Shown piece by piece: positions 54,301 through 61,573 of a stretch of DNA of 64,000 nt. This stretch comes from Eledone cirrhosa (taxonomy: Eukaryota): positions 93,682,001 to 93,746,000 of the forward strand of contig OZ024745.1 in the NCBI GenBank assembly GCA_964016885.1. Reading direction: 5' to 3'. The notes under the pieces were generated by a model. It was not told the origin of the DNA. It ran no database searches and saw only the letters and a program-made list of their open reading frames with translations. Position 1 is the first letter of the stretch; every line of letters begins with the position of its first letter. The position numbers and the translations under genes are program-made.

Positions 54301-55585
54301 AAGAAATTACTACTAAGCCAATATAATGAGCGTGTTTATTTGTTCCTTTTAGTCAGTGTGTTTTAATCAATAAAGCGATGTTAGATTGGAGACGGAGTAT
54401 TTGATAAGGAATCAAACAACATTTAATTCTATTATAGATGGAACAGATGGGACATTTTTCTTAAATAGTGCTTGGAAATACAAATCCACTATAAAAAAAA
54501 ACATACCATATTTGGAGTATTTTATAATTTCTTTGCATTAAGGTATAAGTATAAAAAGTTAGATATTCTTATAGTCTTTAGTTCAATTTTTTTACAAAAT
54601 GTTACACGTAAAAGTAATATATTTTATTTCATGCTACCTTGGAACATTCCTATTTGACCTTTTTACGAATTCTTCAGATTCAAAGATTAACAATTTTCAA
54701 AAATCACATAGGATGGAGGAGAATATTATATATATATATATATGACTAACAGTTATACATTAAAAGATTATGAGATTGTATAATAAATAAATTCGTTTGA
54801 TTTAAAATATCTATAAAGAGGGGGGAGAGTCAGTCAGAAGTTTTTTGTTTTGTTTTACGGAAACATTTTTACAAGTTTATGATAATTAGGTAAAATATAA
54901 TTTACTTTACCAAACGAAGAAAATAGTTTGTATTAAAAAGGAATTCGAATTTTACTTAAATACATATACAATGAAATAAATATATATACTATGGCAAATA
55001 ATCAAAACTACAGCCATGTTTCATTTCAGGTTCTCTCTTAACATGAGATCTCAGTAATTGTGATTGTCGCTAACATAAATGTAAAAAATTTCCAAGGATA
55101 ATTTCAAGGCGAAACAAAGCAGTGGATTCTTAATTAGGTATACACCAATAAAAACTGTAATTCAAGATCGTAACATATAAATAAACTCTTAATTTTTTAA
55201 AACATTTCTCTTTTTCTCTCCCCACCATTTTCTAATCTAAAAGGAAAAAATTACACAGGGAAGTCTGAGTTTACTTCTATTTTCTTAATTATTAATGCTA
55301 TTTTATTTATCATTTTATATCTAATTCCTGAAATAAATATCGCTTCTTCACTATTTTGGAATAATGCTCAATTTCAATGTTACGTCCCATCATATATTAC
55401 CGTTTCAGTTTCACAAAGAGGTTATAGACAAACGACACTTCAAATATTAACAAAAAAAAAACAAGGGCCCTGTCAGAACAATAACAAGCAAAATTAACAG
55501 AATAAAACAAATAAATGCTTCCTTAGACACAAGAGATATAAAACGGGTTCTATAGATTCACCTGCACTGGTTCTTGTATAAGCAT
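2030..55585 (-). CDS. CDC27: CDC27/APC3 whole gene span, 20 coding exons, ~835 aa
   Basis: Manual splicing of 20 GT-AG exons gives one continuous 2508-nt frame from MLIQEPVQAAIWDALNNY to QAMESDESL*. It has hallmark Cdc27 TPR segments (AWCATGNCFSLQKEHDTAIKFFQRAIQVDPNFAYAYTLLGHE; YGVGMIYYKQEKF; NFSWAMDLDPKG). Confidence 0.97.
3405..3585 (-). mobile_element. tRNA-derived SINE (Meta-domain-like family)
   Basis: Homologous to the full copy at 12894..13078, with an (AAT)n tail adjacent. Confidence 0.8.
3661..3817 (-). CDS. CDC27: CDC27 exon 19 (VHKKLGNTHLALSNFSWAMDLDPKG...MNDP)
   Basis: ttgtag / G|gtaaag, 157 nt. Confidence 0.96.
4082..4330 (-). mobile_element. RTE-tail SINE fragment
   Basis: (CAT)n tail, CCATGCTAGCATGGG, GGATGCCCTTCCT and the 48-bp module. 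Confidence 0.8.
4380..5262 (-). mobile_element. RTE-clade LINE, 3' part, frameshifted
   Basis: GLKVNMTKTKVLVS..GKWPCSVCRKGVGRNSI; MLHGSETW..LRRLERNEACMLRWMC; RRLHWYGHVMRM; PKKTWDEVI. Confidence 0.92.
5889..5963 (-). CDS. CDC27: CDC27 exon 18 (EALEELEELKQIVPKESLVYFLIGK)
   Basis: tttcag / AAG|gtacgt, 75 nt. Confidence 0.96.
6565..7958 (+). mobile_element. RTE-clade LINE, RT to 3' tail, decayed
   Basis: MQFGFVPG, VDLQKAFDRVP, VHQGSILSPLLF and ELLYADDLVL motifs with stops. Ends ...GGGAAAAGCGGACGTAAAATGATGATGAT. Confidence 0.92.
8132..8260 (-). CDS. CDC27: CDC27 exon 17 (VQHALKKSE...NPLCKFHRASILFANDKHK)
   Basis: ttatag / AAA|gtaagt, 129 nt. Confidence 0.96.
9040..9575 (+). mobile_element. RTE LINE 3' remnant
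   Basis: Degenerate similarity to 7330-7950 (FCYLG, ELLPLL, EAGMLHWIC). Confidence 0.7.
9784..9973. mobile_element. piggyBac-type MITE (best-preserved copy)
   Basis: Perfect 14-bp TIR CCCTTTAGCATTTA / TAAATGCTAAAGGG flanked by TTAA on both sides (9780-9783, 9974-9977). Confidence 0.9.
10036..10153 (-). CDS. CDC27: CDC27 exon 16 (YGVGMIYYKQEKFQLAELHF...LLCHVGV)
   Basis: tttaag / GTG|gtaagt, 118 nt; lies within ORF 9850..10167. Confidence 0.96.
10655..10810 (-). mobile_element. Meta-like SINE, 5' truncated
   Basis: Homologous to 12894..13078. Confidence 0.8.
10830..11120 (-). mobile_element. CR1/L2-type LINE 3' end fragment
   Basis: Homologous to 63315..63635, which encodes the FFTLRVTKAWNKLP..VV..FK C-terminal motif. 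Confidence 0.7.
11184..11311 (-). CDS. CDC27: CDC27 exon 15 (VDPNFAYAYTLLGHE...RHYNAW)
   Basis: tttcag / TG|gtaagt, 128 nt. Confidence 0.96.
12894..13078 (-). mobile_element. Full-length tRNA-derived SINE (Meta-domain-like) nested in the hAT
   Basis: GGGCGGTGAATTGGCAGTATCGG (A box), GAGTTCAAATCC (B box) and the GCCTTTCATCCTTACGGGGTCGATAAAATAAAGTACCAG core. 15-bp TSD TATTGATCATATAAT. Confidence 0.9.
13330..14819 (+). pseudogene. Buster/ZBED5-like hAT transposase pseudogene
   Basis: GKSHTIGETL, IPLSNNTI, FSIQVDEST, CASDGAPSMVG, HCVIHRQHL, HTEVQWLSKG, FPTSYLVESGFS and RGDLRL motifs, broken by stops and frameshifts. No N-terminal BED finger seen. Confidence 0.93.
15826..15906 (-). CDS. CDC27: CDC27 exon 14 (AWCATGNCFSLQKEHDTAIKFFQRAIQ)
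   Basis: atgcag / CAG|gtgagt, 81 nt, highly conserved TPR. Confidence 0.96.
17115..17267 (-). CDS. CDC27: CDC27 exon 13 (AEKVFAELRE...EGMDLYSTALWQLQ...NAPE)
   Basis: ttttag / GAG|gtattg, 153 nt. Confidence 0.96.
18185..18357 (-). CDS. CDC27: CDC27 exon 12 (GILKLLQSMGRAF...TGWVLCQVARAHFELNNYNQ)
   Basis: tctcag / CAA|gtaagt, 173 nt. Confidence 0.96.
18735..19540 (+). mobile_element. RTE-clade LINE (second family), RT C-terminal part
   Basis: LEFADNMVL, DLQHALDRFAAE..GMRINTAKTE, QVEKFKYLG, TYGHKSW and RIQAAKMGFL. Confidence 0.85.
19621..19819 (-). CDS. CDC27: CDC27 exon 11 (ENNKSQSKSRFTSPK...HMRQQSL)
   Basis: ttttag / A|gtaagt, 199 nt, completes a KEN motif across the junction. Confidence 0.92.
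20819..20885 (-). CDS. CDC27: CDC27 exon 10 (LQTNVTNVRRSQRLFGNSSSVK)
   Basis: ttctag / AAA|gtaatt, 67 nt, conserved RRSxRLF motif. Confidence 0.92.
22189..22790 (+). mobile_element. Internally deleted RTE-like retroelement between microsatellites
   Basis: GC-richer 600-bp unit. The 3' part encodes a C2H2-like HKCSICTRVFKLLAGLKSH typical of RTE C-termini and ends in (TA)n. Confidence 0.55.
22802..22873 (+). tRNA. tRNA-like cloverleaf (anticodon GGA); pseudo-tRNA or SINE head
   Basis: Acceptor GATGTGT/GTACGTC (3 G-U pairs), D arm GTGT-AAATGGTA-GCAC, anticodon arm GTGGT-CTGGATA-ACCAA, T arm GTGGG-TTCGACT-CCCAT. TTTTT at 22883-22887. Confidence 0.55.
24358..24476 (-). CDS. CDC27: CDC27 exon 9 (PVTRRSQNQ...VFSQSGNTNPRE...QQSG)
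   Basis: ttgtag / GG|gtaagt, 119 nt, conserved VFSQSGN. Confidence 0.92.
25479..25605 (-). CDS. CDC27: CDC27 exon 8 (FGVFPLEVPSPQES...RVPRGQK)
   Basis: ctacag acceptor, SFGxxPLExPSP motif. Donor AAG|gttgta, with an alternative in-frame donor 3 nt further at 25476. Confidence 0.88.
26692..26887. mobile_element. TTAA MITE family copy
   Basis: TTAA at 26688-26691 and 26888-26891; same internal sequence. Confidence 0.8.
27627..27799 (-). CDS. CDC27: CDC27 exon 7 (FESPLPADK...FSSLSPLTP)
   Basis: ttctag / AG|gtaaga, 173 nt, ends in the conserved LSPLTPS(FG) motif. Confidence 0.92.
28610..30045 (+). mobile_element. RTE LINE with 5'UTR, APE endonuclease, deleted RT core and duplicated C-terminus
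   Basis: VGTLKGKSGEIVELL, VVRVSDRII, TYAQQAG, ILAGNFNGHV and RNEKGLR..NTNF jump at ~29460 to C-terminal MCNVNMRERQSLDELR, which occurs twice. GATGA tail. Confidence 0.88.
30178..30383 (-). CDS. CDC27: CDC27 exon 6 (GEKVDVTKIFQPP...DCTPGGICK)
   Basis: tgtcag acceptor. The donor AAG|gtaagg was chosen because it keeps frame with exon 7. 206 nt. Confidence 0.88.
30555..30900 (+). mobile_element. Full-length tRNA/CORE-like SINE with RTE-derived 3' half
   Basis: TGGCTTAGTGG A box, GAGTTCAATTC B box, CORE-like CCTTGAGCAAGACACTT..CTCAGCTGTAGAAATG, AGGAAGGGCATCC and (ATG)n tail. Confidence 0.9.
31045..31394 (+). mobile_element. Second full-length copy of the CORE-like SINE
   Basis: Near-identical to 30555..30900. 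Confidence 0.9.
31911..32117. mobile_element. TTAA MITE family copy
   Basis: CCTTTAGCATTT...TAAATGCTGAAGGG-TTAA. Confidence 0.8.
32301..32398 (-). CDS. CDC27: CDC27 exon 5 (KTERFSHASECYQKSLKLNPLLWSSFAKLCSL)
   Basis: tttcag / G|gtaagt, 98 nt, SECYQKSLxLNPxLWS motif. Confidence 0.95.
32505..32660 (-). mobile_element. RTE-tail SINE 3' part, leading into the 48-bp array
   Basis: (CAT)n tail and GGATGCCCTTCCT. Confidence 0.8.
32660..33405. repeat. 48-bp minisatellite, ~15 units, SINE-derived
   Basis: Unit CACTTTACAGTGTGGGCTGGACACTTTTTATCATATCACCAACACGAC; 16-aa periodicity in the ORF track. Confidence 0.95.
34157..34282 (-). CDS. CDC27: CDC27 exon 4 (LSEAEELLVGNAVSK...CHVFSLLGNLY)
   Basis: tttcag / AG|gtaagt, 126 nt, frame continuous. 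Confidence 0.94.
34400..34810 (+). mobile_element. Non-LTR RT fragment
   Basis: GVLQSNTLAP.L.II.LDY and ITNADYADDLAIL. Confidence 0.75.
34850..36185 (-). mobile_element. RTE LINE endonuclease and linker region, decayed
   Basis: VRVCNRIIKLRL..YASQAGL..DHFYEVL and MKVGKA..GIVAEMLQTSG. Confidence 0.82.
36355..36665 (+). mobile_element. 3' end of the second RTE family
   Basis: Homologous to 19270-19535 (QLRYYGHVIRM, GKRPRGRP). Confidence 0.8.
37252..38366 (-). mobile_element. Non-autonomous Helitron (5' end eroded) with nested SINE
   Basis: Minus-strand 3' end is hairpin CCCGAGCAACGCCGGG plus CTGCTAG|T. (GTCT)n and AACCGATT lie near the 5' end. Shares internal blocks with 59147..60579. Confidence 0.8.
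37616..38005 (+). mobile_element. Full-length CORE-like SINE with an extra copy of the 48-bp module
   Basis: Near-identical to 31045..31394 but with one additional module; inserted in a TA-rich site of the Helitron. Confidence 0.9.
39560..40480 (+). pseudogene. piggyBac (PGBD4-like) transposase relic
   Basis: FDLMVYETNKYA, EMKAYIAFQIMMG, KQYIPLKPTKRGIKV, FQVYTGK, GLGERVV and CDNFFSTVKLFEEL motifs, with many stops and frameshifts. Confidence 0.88.
41132..41279 (-). CDS. CDC27: CDC27 exon 3 (VANDESLYLLATCYYRAGKP...QCKYLLAKCCFDTD)
   Basis: tttcag / AG|gtaggt, 148 nt, LLATCYYR and CKYLLAKCC motifs. Confidence 0.96.
41411..41486 (-). CDS. CDC27: CDC27 exon 2 (AAIWDALNNYAVTDATFLAERLFSE)
   Basis: tttcag acceptor, G|gtatgt donor, 76 nt, conserved FLAERL motif. 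Confidence 0.96.
41740..43130 (+). mobile_element. RTE LINE RT/C-terminal remnants, rearranged
   Basis: LAFSDLEKAFNRVP, CPWELLYADD, GKWSCSICRKG and RILXWMCNV. Confidence 0.82.
44640..44850 (-). mobile_element. Older Meta-like SINE copy
   Basis: GAAAGGCAAAGTTGACC..ATTTGAACTCAG core. Confidence 0.7.
45750..46910 (-). mobile_element. RTE LINE 3' part with an inserted SINE tail
   Basis: GVHQGLVLSPLLF, WPCLVCKGVG and GIRSGVQERRMRWYGHLMRM. Confidence 0.88.
47655..48345. repeat. Degenerate (TG/TA)n low-complexity tract
   Basis: Directly visible; it accounts for the C/V/Y/I-rich ORFs. Confidence 0.9.
50585..50783. mobile_element. TTAA MITE family copy
   Basis: TTAA-CCCTTTAGAATTTA ... TAAATGCTAGAGGG-TTAA. 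Confidence 0.88.
52329..52855. repeat. ~42-bp minisatellite, ~12 units
   Basis: Unit GAGGTGAAGAGACYCCCAAAYCAATTGGTCAACCATTCTACT. Confidence 0.93.
55562..55585 (-). CDS. CDC27: CDC27 coding exon 1 (MLIQEPVQ)
   Basis: ATG CTT ATA CAA GAA CCA GTG CAG|gtgaat matches the conserved Cdc27 N-terminus (xQEPVQ) and joins exon 2 in phase 0. Confidence 0.9.
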
Positions 55586-55810
55586 CGTGTCTTTAAACGT
55601 CAACTACTTCGGCCATAAACATTACCTGATTTCAAATACCCCATATCGTTATAAGTCCGTACGCCATTGGGGTACGCCTCGGTTTCAAATATTGATCACG
55701 TGATAGCAAATCGTAAACGAAAAAGTGAAAAATAAAAGATAAATACGATCAGTTAAAAATGTGGGAATGTAATTACCGAAATGTAGAAAATACTTGATCG
55801 AGTAATTTAA
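55586..55810 (-). promoter_or_regulatory. Putative CDC27 5'UTR/proximal promoter
   Basis: Locally CpG-richer stretch directly upstream of the ATG. Contains the palindrome ATCACGTGAT (E-box, 55695-55704), a minus-strand CCAAT (~55666-55670) and TTTGAA (CHR-like) at 55631-55636 and 55684-55689. The TSS cannot be determined. Confidence 0.5.
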
Positions 55811-56814
55811 AAAAAAATATAATACCATAATTATTTATTAACGGTTTGGTATGTTTACATCTTTTAATTATAATGAAAATAAAATAAAGATAATCATTCA
55901 TTTTCTTCGGTTCGTTGTTACATTAATTACACAATAGTTTCATAAGACTCGGTATCAAATTCTGTTTTTAACTATTTCGGATCACTTTTCATTAATTTTT
56001 TTTTTTTATTTTAAGGTGAGAACCCAAAAGTGAAAAGTTTTGAAATATTTAAGGCTTATCTTTTTTTTAACGCATATCTCGCACTTCTAATAAACCGCAT
56101 ATCAAAACAACAGTTCTACCTTCTCTCTTTTAAACAAGAAAATTATTAGTTAAATATTGAAATGCCAATTTAAATATAACCAGAGTAACTCTGAGTTGGG
56201 AGGAGGGGACACTTATTTCTCTTTTAGAAAGAGTCTTTTTTTACAAAACTTAAAAAACACCATGAAATTAATTTGGTAAAATCCCAAATTTTCCATTAAG
56301 AAGCCTCCTTATAATCATTTTTTCGTCTGTTTTTTTTTTCAATGCTTGCATGGTTTAGATAAATCCCTTATAACAACATTTTTCAGCTTGTCTCTATTAT
56401 TTGTCATCTTTGCAAGACTGAGATGAAACCTCACCACCTCTACCAAAGTTTTCTTCCGTATTTCTTCTATATGCTCCAGTCACTTACATTATTTGACATT
56501 TTTTCACCCAGGTAACATTTCTATGTATGCAGCACATAACCACCTCAGCACAGTGTAATACCTGTAGTGTTCAGGTTTTTTGTCAGCATACTTCTGCTCT
56601 GTTGTACATACATGCTAATATTATACATCCTGGTGAACCAGCCCACTTGCTTAATTTCTTTCTGATTATTGCATATATTCCACACTGAGCACTCTCGAAA
56701 TATCACACTTTATACACAAGCATCATACATTCTGCCCTTCACAGGAAGAGATATCTTTGTTGCCAACTAAGATAACTTTTTCGATTTTTCCTCATTATGC
56801 ATTTCTAACACTTG

Positions 56815-57520
56815 TTAGCGGCAAAGTGGCAGAGTCATTAGAACATTGGACAGAATGCTTTGTGGTATTCATTTTGGCTCTCTACTCTCTGAGTTCAAAT
56901 CCCCCACTGAGGTCAACTTTACCTTTCATCCTTTCGAGGTCAATAAAAAAAAGTATCAGTCTAGTACTTGGATCGGTTCTTCTTTTATATCTGTTTCTCA
57001 CATCCATTCTCACACTATCTATCTCTCTCTGGAAGAAATCTGATGTATTCCAACCTGGAGGGGGATGGACTCTGCCAGGTTTAAAAAGATGCCCAATACA
57101 GCACCCTAATAACTCGCACAAGAGTTACAGGACCATACAAAAAACCACTTGTTTTCATTGCCTATTAGATCACCTTGGTAATAAAAATTATCAACTACTT
57201 CTAATGAGGTTTCTGGCAAGTTGAAAGACTTCTTTTATTGGATGTGTGTATGTGTATGGTCCCATAACTCCTGGGGAAGTCGTAGGGGTGCTGTATTGAC
57301 ATACAGCATTTCTTGGGCATTTAAAGCCTAGCGGTGCCCAACCCTCTCCAGGCTTGAGTACAGCAGATTTCTTCCTGAGAAAGATAGAAAGAGATATAGA
57401 GGAAGAATCAACCCCAGTACTAGACTGGTACTTTTTTTATCGACCTCGAAAGGATGAAAGTTGACCTCGGCAGTATTTGAACTCAGAGAGCGAGAGCCAG
57501 AATGAATATCATAAAGAATT
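56815..57520. repeat. Tail-to-tail inverted pair of extended Meta-like SINEs
   Basis: ~56850-57145 is the diverged reverse complement of ~57250-57520. Confidence 0.8.
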
Positions 57521-58166
57521 TGGAGCGCTCTCTAGACAAAGGGAAGTAGCCAAAGTTACTTCCCGTGGAATTTCTAGAATACTCCTTGAACTTCCGTTTC
57601 AGAGATTATAAAAGAAGGAGCAAAGGACAATCTACCTCTCTTTCACCAAAGGCTCTAGAACTGACCACACCAAGCACAGATGCTAAACTTTTTCTAATCC
57701 TATCCTATACCTCAGGATTACACCACATCATGGCACGATGTACGTTTCACTACCAAAATTGTAACAAGCTACTTCAATAAATGCAAATCGTTACTGATAC
57801 ACTTTTCCGAAGTATTCGTCATGTTTCAATTACTACATCATCATTTCTTTTACATCTTCTAAACAAATTAAATTAGTGGTTGGCATGTAATGGTATTTAC
57901 TGGAGTGAATAACCCTATGGCCAATTCACTAAACATTCTATCCAATGTTCTAACGACTAATTCGCCGCCTTTATTGGATACTTAATACATATTAGATCCT
58001 TCTTTCTTGGCTGCCTGCTAGAGATACTTTTCTTTACCTATTGTTTACATAGCAGTCCAAGTTGATAGTAATGGTCTCTTTTTGCTTCTACTAAGACATT
58101 TTTCTTTGCTAAATAGATCTCTTAATTCTTAATCCTGCTTCCCTACATTGCAAACTTTTCTTTTAA

Positions 58167-58399
58167 CCTTTTAGCATTTAAACCGGCCATATCTGGCCAG
58201 AATTCTCTCACCTGTTCAAACTGGCCTCTCACTGTTCAAACTGGCCATAACCGGCTGCTCATACTTACGTTAAGGTATTGTTCTCAAAATAAATAATATC
58301 AAAATCTCATAGATTCGATATTTTGGGGGTTAATTATATGAAATAAAGTGTTTACCATGAAAATATAATAGTAAATATAGTAATGTAAATGCTAAAAAG
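58167..58399. mobile_element. TTAA MITE family copy
   Basis: TTAA-CCTTTTAGCATTTA ... TAAATGCTAAAAAG-TTAA. Confidence 0.85.
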
Positions 58400-59146
58400 T
58401 TAATTTGTTGACTGATTCAACTTAAGAACTAGACATTCAGCAAACAAGAGTTCCTCCCATGGACTGCCAATCTTGAACATATTATGTCCTGGTGATTTAG
58501 AATTATCAGAAGTTGGCTGAACTGAGCTCTAAATACTGAACTTCTCACTGAGTTCATTGCTAACTCTCACTTTGCTCATAATACTCCTCTACACAACTCA
58601 CATGACCCTCACAAGCAATTCATCTTGCCCTCCACTCTGATTTTCTTGGTGACCTCTAAACTATGGCATGTAGTACCAAGCCAAGGCTCTGTCCTTGGTT
58701 AAGTCTTTCCAGTATTTGCCTCACTAAAAGGTGGACATTAGTCATTGTAAATCCAGACACAAACCCAAACCACATCTCATTTAATCTAGTTCATTCTCTG
58801 ATTAACTTTTCTATAACTCTTACACTTTTAAGACTTTATCTATCAATCTAATATCTCTGTGATTAATTATTTCTAAAAGATCTCTTTAGTCCTTGTAACA
58901 GTTGATGATGTTGTTGTTGTTGCTGTTTTGACACCGGTCATTGCGGATAACATCACCCAGCACCAGATTTATCAGGGGTGGGGGTGAGAACGAATGCCCT
59001 GGGCACTCTTCATCAAACACTTACAAATAGGGCATTTTCTTCAAGTACCCCCACCCCCCACCCCACACCCACTTCAAAGCTCCTCCTACCTTTTAAGAAT
59101 GGGACCATGATCATAAACATGATTTTAACTTTTAGCAAATATGTTA

Positions 59147-60579
59147 TCTATACATATATATAAAAGTCAAATGGTCTGTGTGTATGTGTGTCCTAATTTT
59201 TGCAAAGTCTATACAAATCCACATTTCTACTCCGATTGACTTCAAACTTGCATTTATATATTCCTTGTGGTCTAAAGATATGAATTGCAACTTTTATTTT
59301 TCAATTTTCTGTTGTTAAAGGCGTGTTAGGTGCCGGTTATCGATCTCCATCGCGCCCTTATAATATCTGTCTGTATGTCGGGCTGTCTGCATTACGACAA
59401 ACATTGATGACGTATTATGCCAGGGAACGTCTTCATGAACCAAAGTATCGTCTTCTTGTTTTCCTTCGGTTGCAACGTTTTTCAAAATATTTACTTCTGC
59501 GTTCACAGATTGATTTTTTTAGTTTCAGAAAATCCCGTTAAGAGTGAAAGCAGCAATTCTTTGCTTAAACTTTAATCTGTTATTTTAATATATAATATAA
59601 GCGAGGCAAGCCAGCCCGGGTTAACAATTACACTTGAGAATACCTTTCCGACGGTCGGCTTATATTTTAATCAGTAAGTGTCATTTACTAATTTTTTGGC
59701 TAACAATCCTGAGACTTCCCACTTACCCCAGTTGTTTTAATATTTTTTTGTAATACTTCCTGAGACATAATCACTTACCTCCGTTGCACACATTATTATT
59801 AGTGTTAGTACCAAGCCATATGCCCCATTACGTACATAGATAGAAATAGTGGATCTTTTTAGAAAGCCCTGCCAAAAAATACCCCCATGCCTATGTTAAA
59901 AATCACATACGCTGGCATTAAGCGGTAATTTCTATCTATCTTGGTACATAAGCGAGGAAAGCCAGCCCAGGTTACCAATTACAGTTGAGATTACCATTCC
60001 AACGATCGGATTATTTTTCAATCGGTAAGTGTCGGTTACTAATTTTTTGATAACATATCCTGAAACATTTCCACTAACCCCAGTAGACAGAAATAGTGGA
60101 TCTTTTTAGAAAACCCCCGCCTATGATAAAATCACGTATGCTGACATTAAGCAGAACAAATTTTCTTTTCTTTACCAATTACCAACTAGGAATAAATGCA
60201 CCGAGAGGGATAGAAAGAAAGAGTAACTTAGTGGAAAGAGTGCGAATGAGTGCCTTACTGCTATGACACTGGAACCTTCTGCCAACTTAACCTGTGACTT
60301 TCTCTTTCACATTTACTCCAATAGACCAAAACAGAGTGGAAACGCCGGGGGACAACTGTCACAGAAGCAGTATGAAAAGAAGGGGCTCAACAATATTTCT
60401 ATGAACAATGCACGTAGACAGCTAAACTGTACTTTCAACTTCTTATTTTTCTCCAAATAAAACAAGTTTCCTGCCAGTATATTTTTGTGAGTTTTAACAG
60501 GCACTCACAAATAAATGTTTCTCATTGGAGGTGCTATTACCAATGTTCTTACCCGTGCAACACCGGGATACACTGCTAG
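59147..60579 (+). mobile_element. Complete non-autonomous Helitron (~1.43 kb)
   Basis: A|TC 5' end (TCTATACATATATATAAAA), 3' hairpin CCCGTGCAACACCGGG (60552-60567), CTAG|T end, no TSD. Internal direct duplication at ~59598-59760 / ~59949-60085. Confidence 0.88.
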
Positions 60580-60807
60580 TTACAAATGTAATTGATGATG
60601 CTTTTTGTGCTAATTTATCAAAATTTCTTTACTTTTGCGACACCAGTTGACAAAAGTAGGGGAAGATGCTGTATATGGTATGCATGTGTATGTAAAGTTT
60701 ATCAATGATAATGCTTGATGTGTATATATATTTATGTGTAGTTGTATGCTTGTGTGTGTGTATGTACATAATGACCATTCCTATGTATATTATATATATA
60801 TATATAT

Positions 60808-61305
60808 CATCATCATCACTGTTTTACGTCCATTCTTCCATACTAGCATGGGTTAGATGGGTTGTCCTGTTGTGGGCAATGTCAGATCGGGTGACCTTGT
60901 CTTGCTCATACGGGAACTGATTTTGGCTTGATTTCTACAGCAGGATGCCTTTCCTAACGCCAACTACATTTAGTGTGTGCTGAATGCTTTTTGTTGTGAC
61001 TCCTACACGACCACTTTACAGTGTGTGCCAAGTGATTTTTACCATGACTGCTATATGACCACATTACAGTGTGACCTGGGTGCTTTTTGTTGTGACACCT
61101 ACACGACCACTTTCCAGTGTGGGCTGGTGCTTTTTATTGTGATACCTACATGTCACATTACAGTGTCAGCTAGGTGCTTTTTGTTGACACCTACACAACC
61201 ACATTGCAGTATGAACTGGGTACTTTTTGATTGTGACACCTAAATGACCACTTTACAGCGTGAGCTGGGTGCTTTTTGTCGTGAAACCTACACGACCACA
61301 TTGCA
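60808..61305 (-). mobile_element. RTE-tail SINE with a second, older array (~7 units) of the 48-bp module
   Basis: (CAT)n tail, GGATGCCTTTCCT, then repeated GTGCTTTTTGTTGTGACACCTACACGACCACTTTACAGTG. Confidence 0.85.
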
Positions 61306-61573
61306 TATATTAAAAGCACATACAGTGGTGTTGATGTCCGAGTATGAATTTTACAAACTTCCTTATTAGTACTTTGTTTGGCTTTGAACAATTACATACC
61401 TAAATATTAATGTTTTGAAACTTTTATAGCATCATCTTCAGAATAAGAATGATAATAGTAATAGCATGTTGTTTGCTTGCTTTGCAGTAAGTTGCAAAAG
61501 GTCACGAGAGAACTGGTAAAATCCTCAACCCTGGAATTATTCAGTAGTTAAGTTCTGATAGTTTCCATACTTA

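Noticed and set aside
56757-57224. 155-aa plus-strand ORF upstream of CDC27
   Set aside because: It runs through RTE and SINE-derived sequence, starts at a non-ATG codon and has no recognisable domain.
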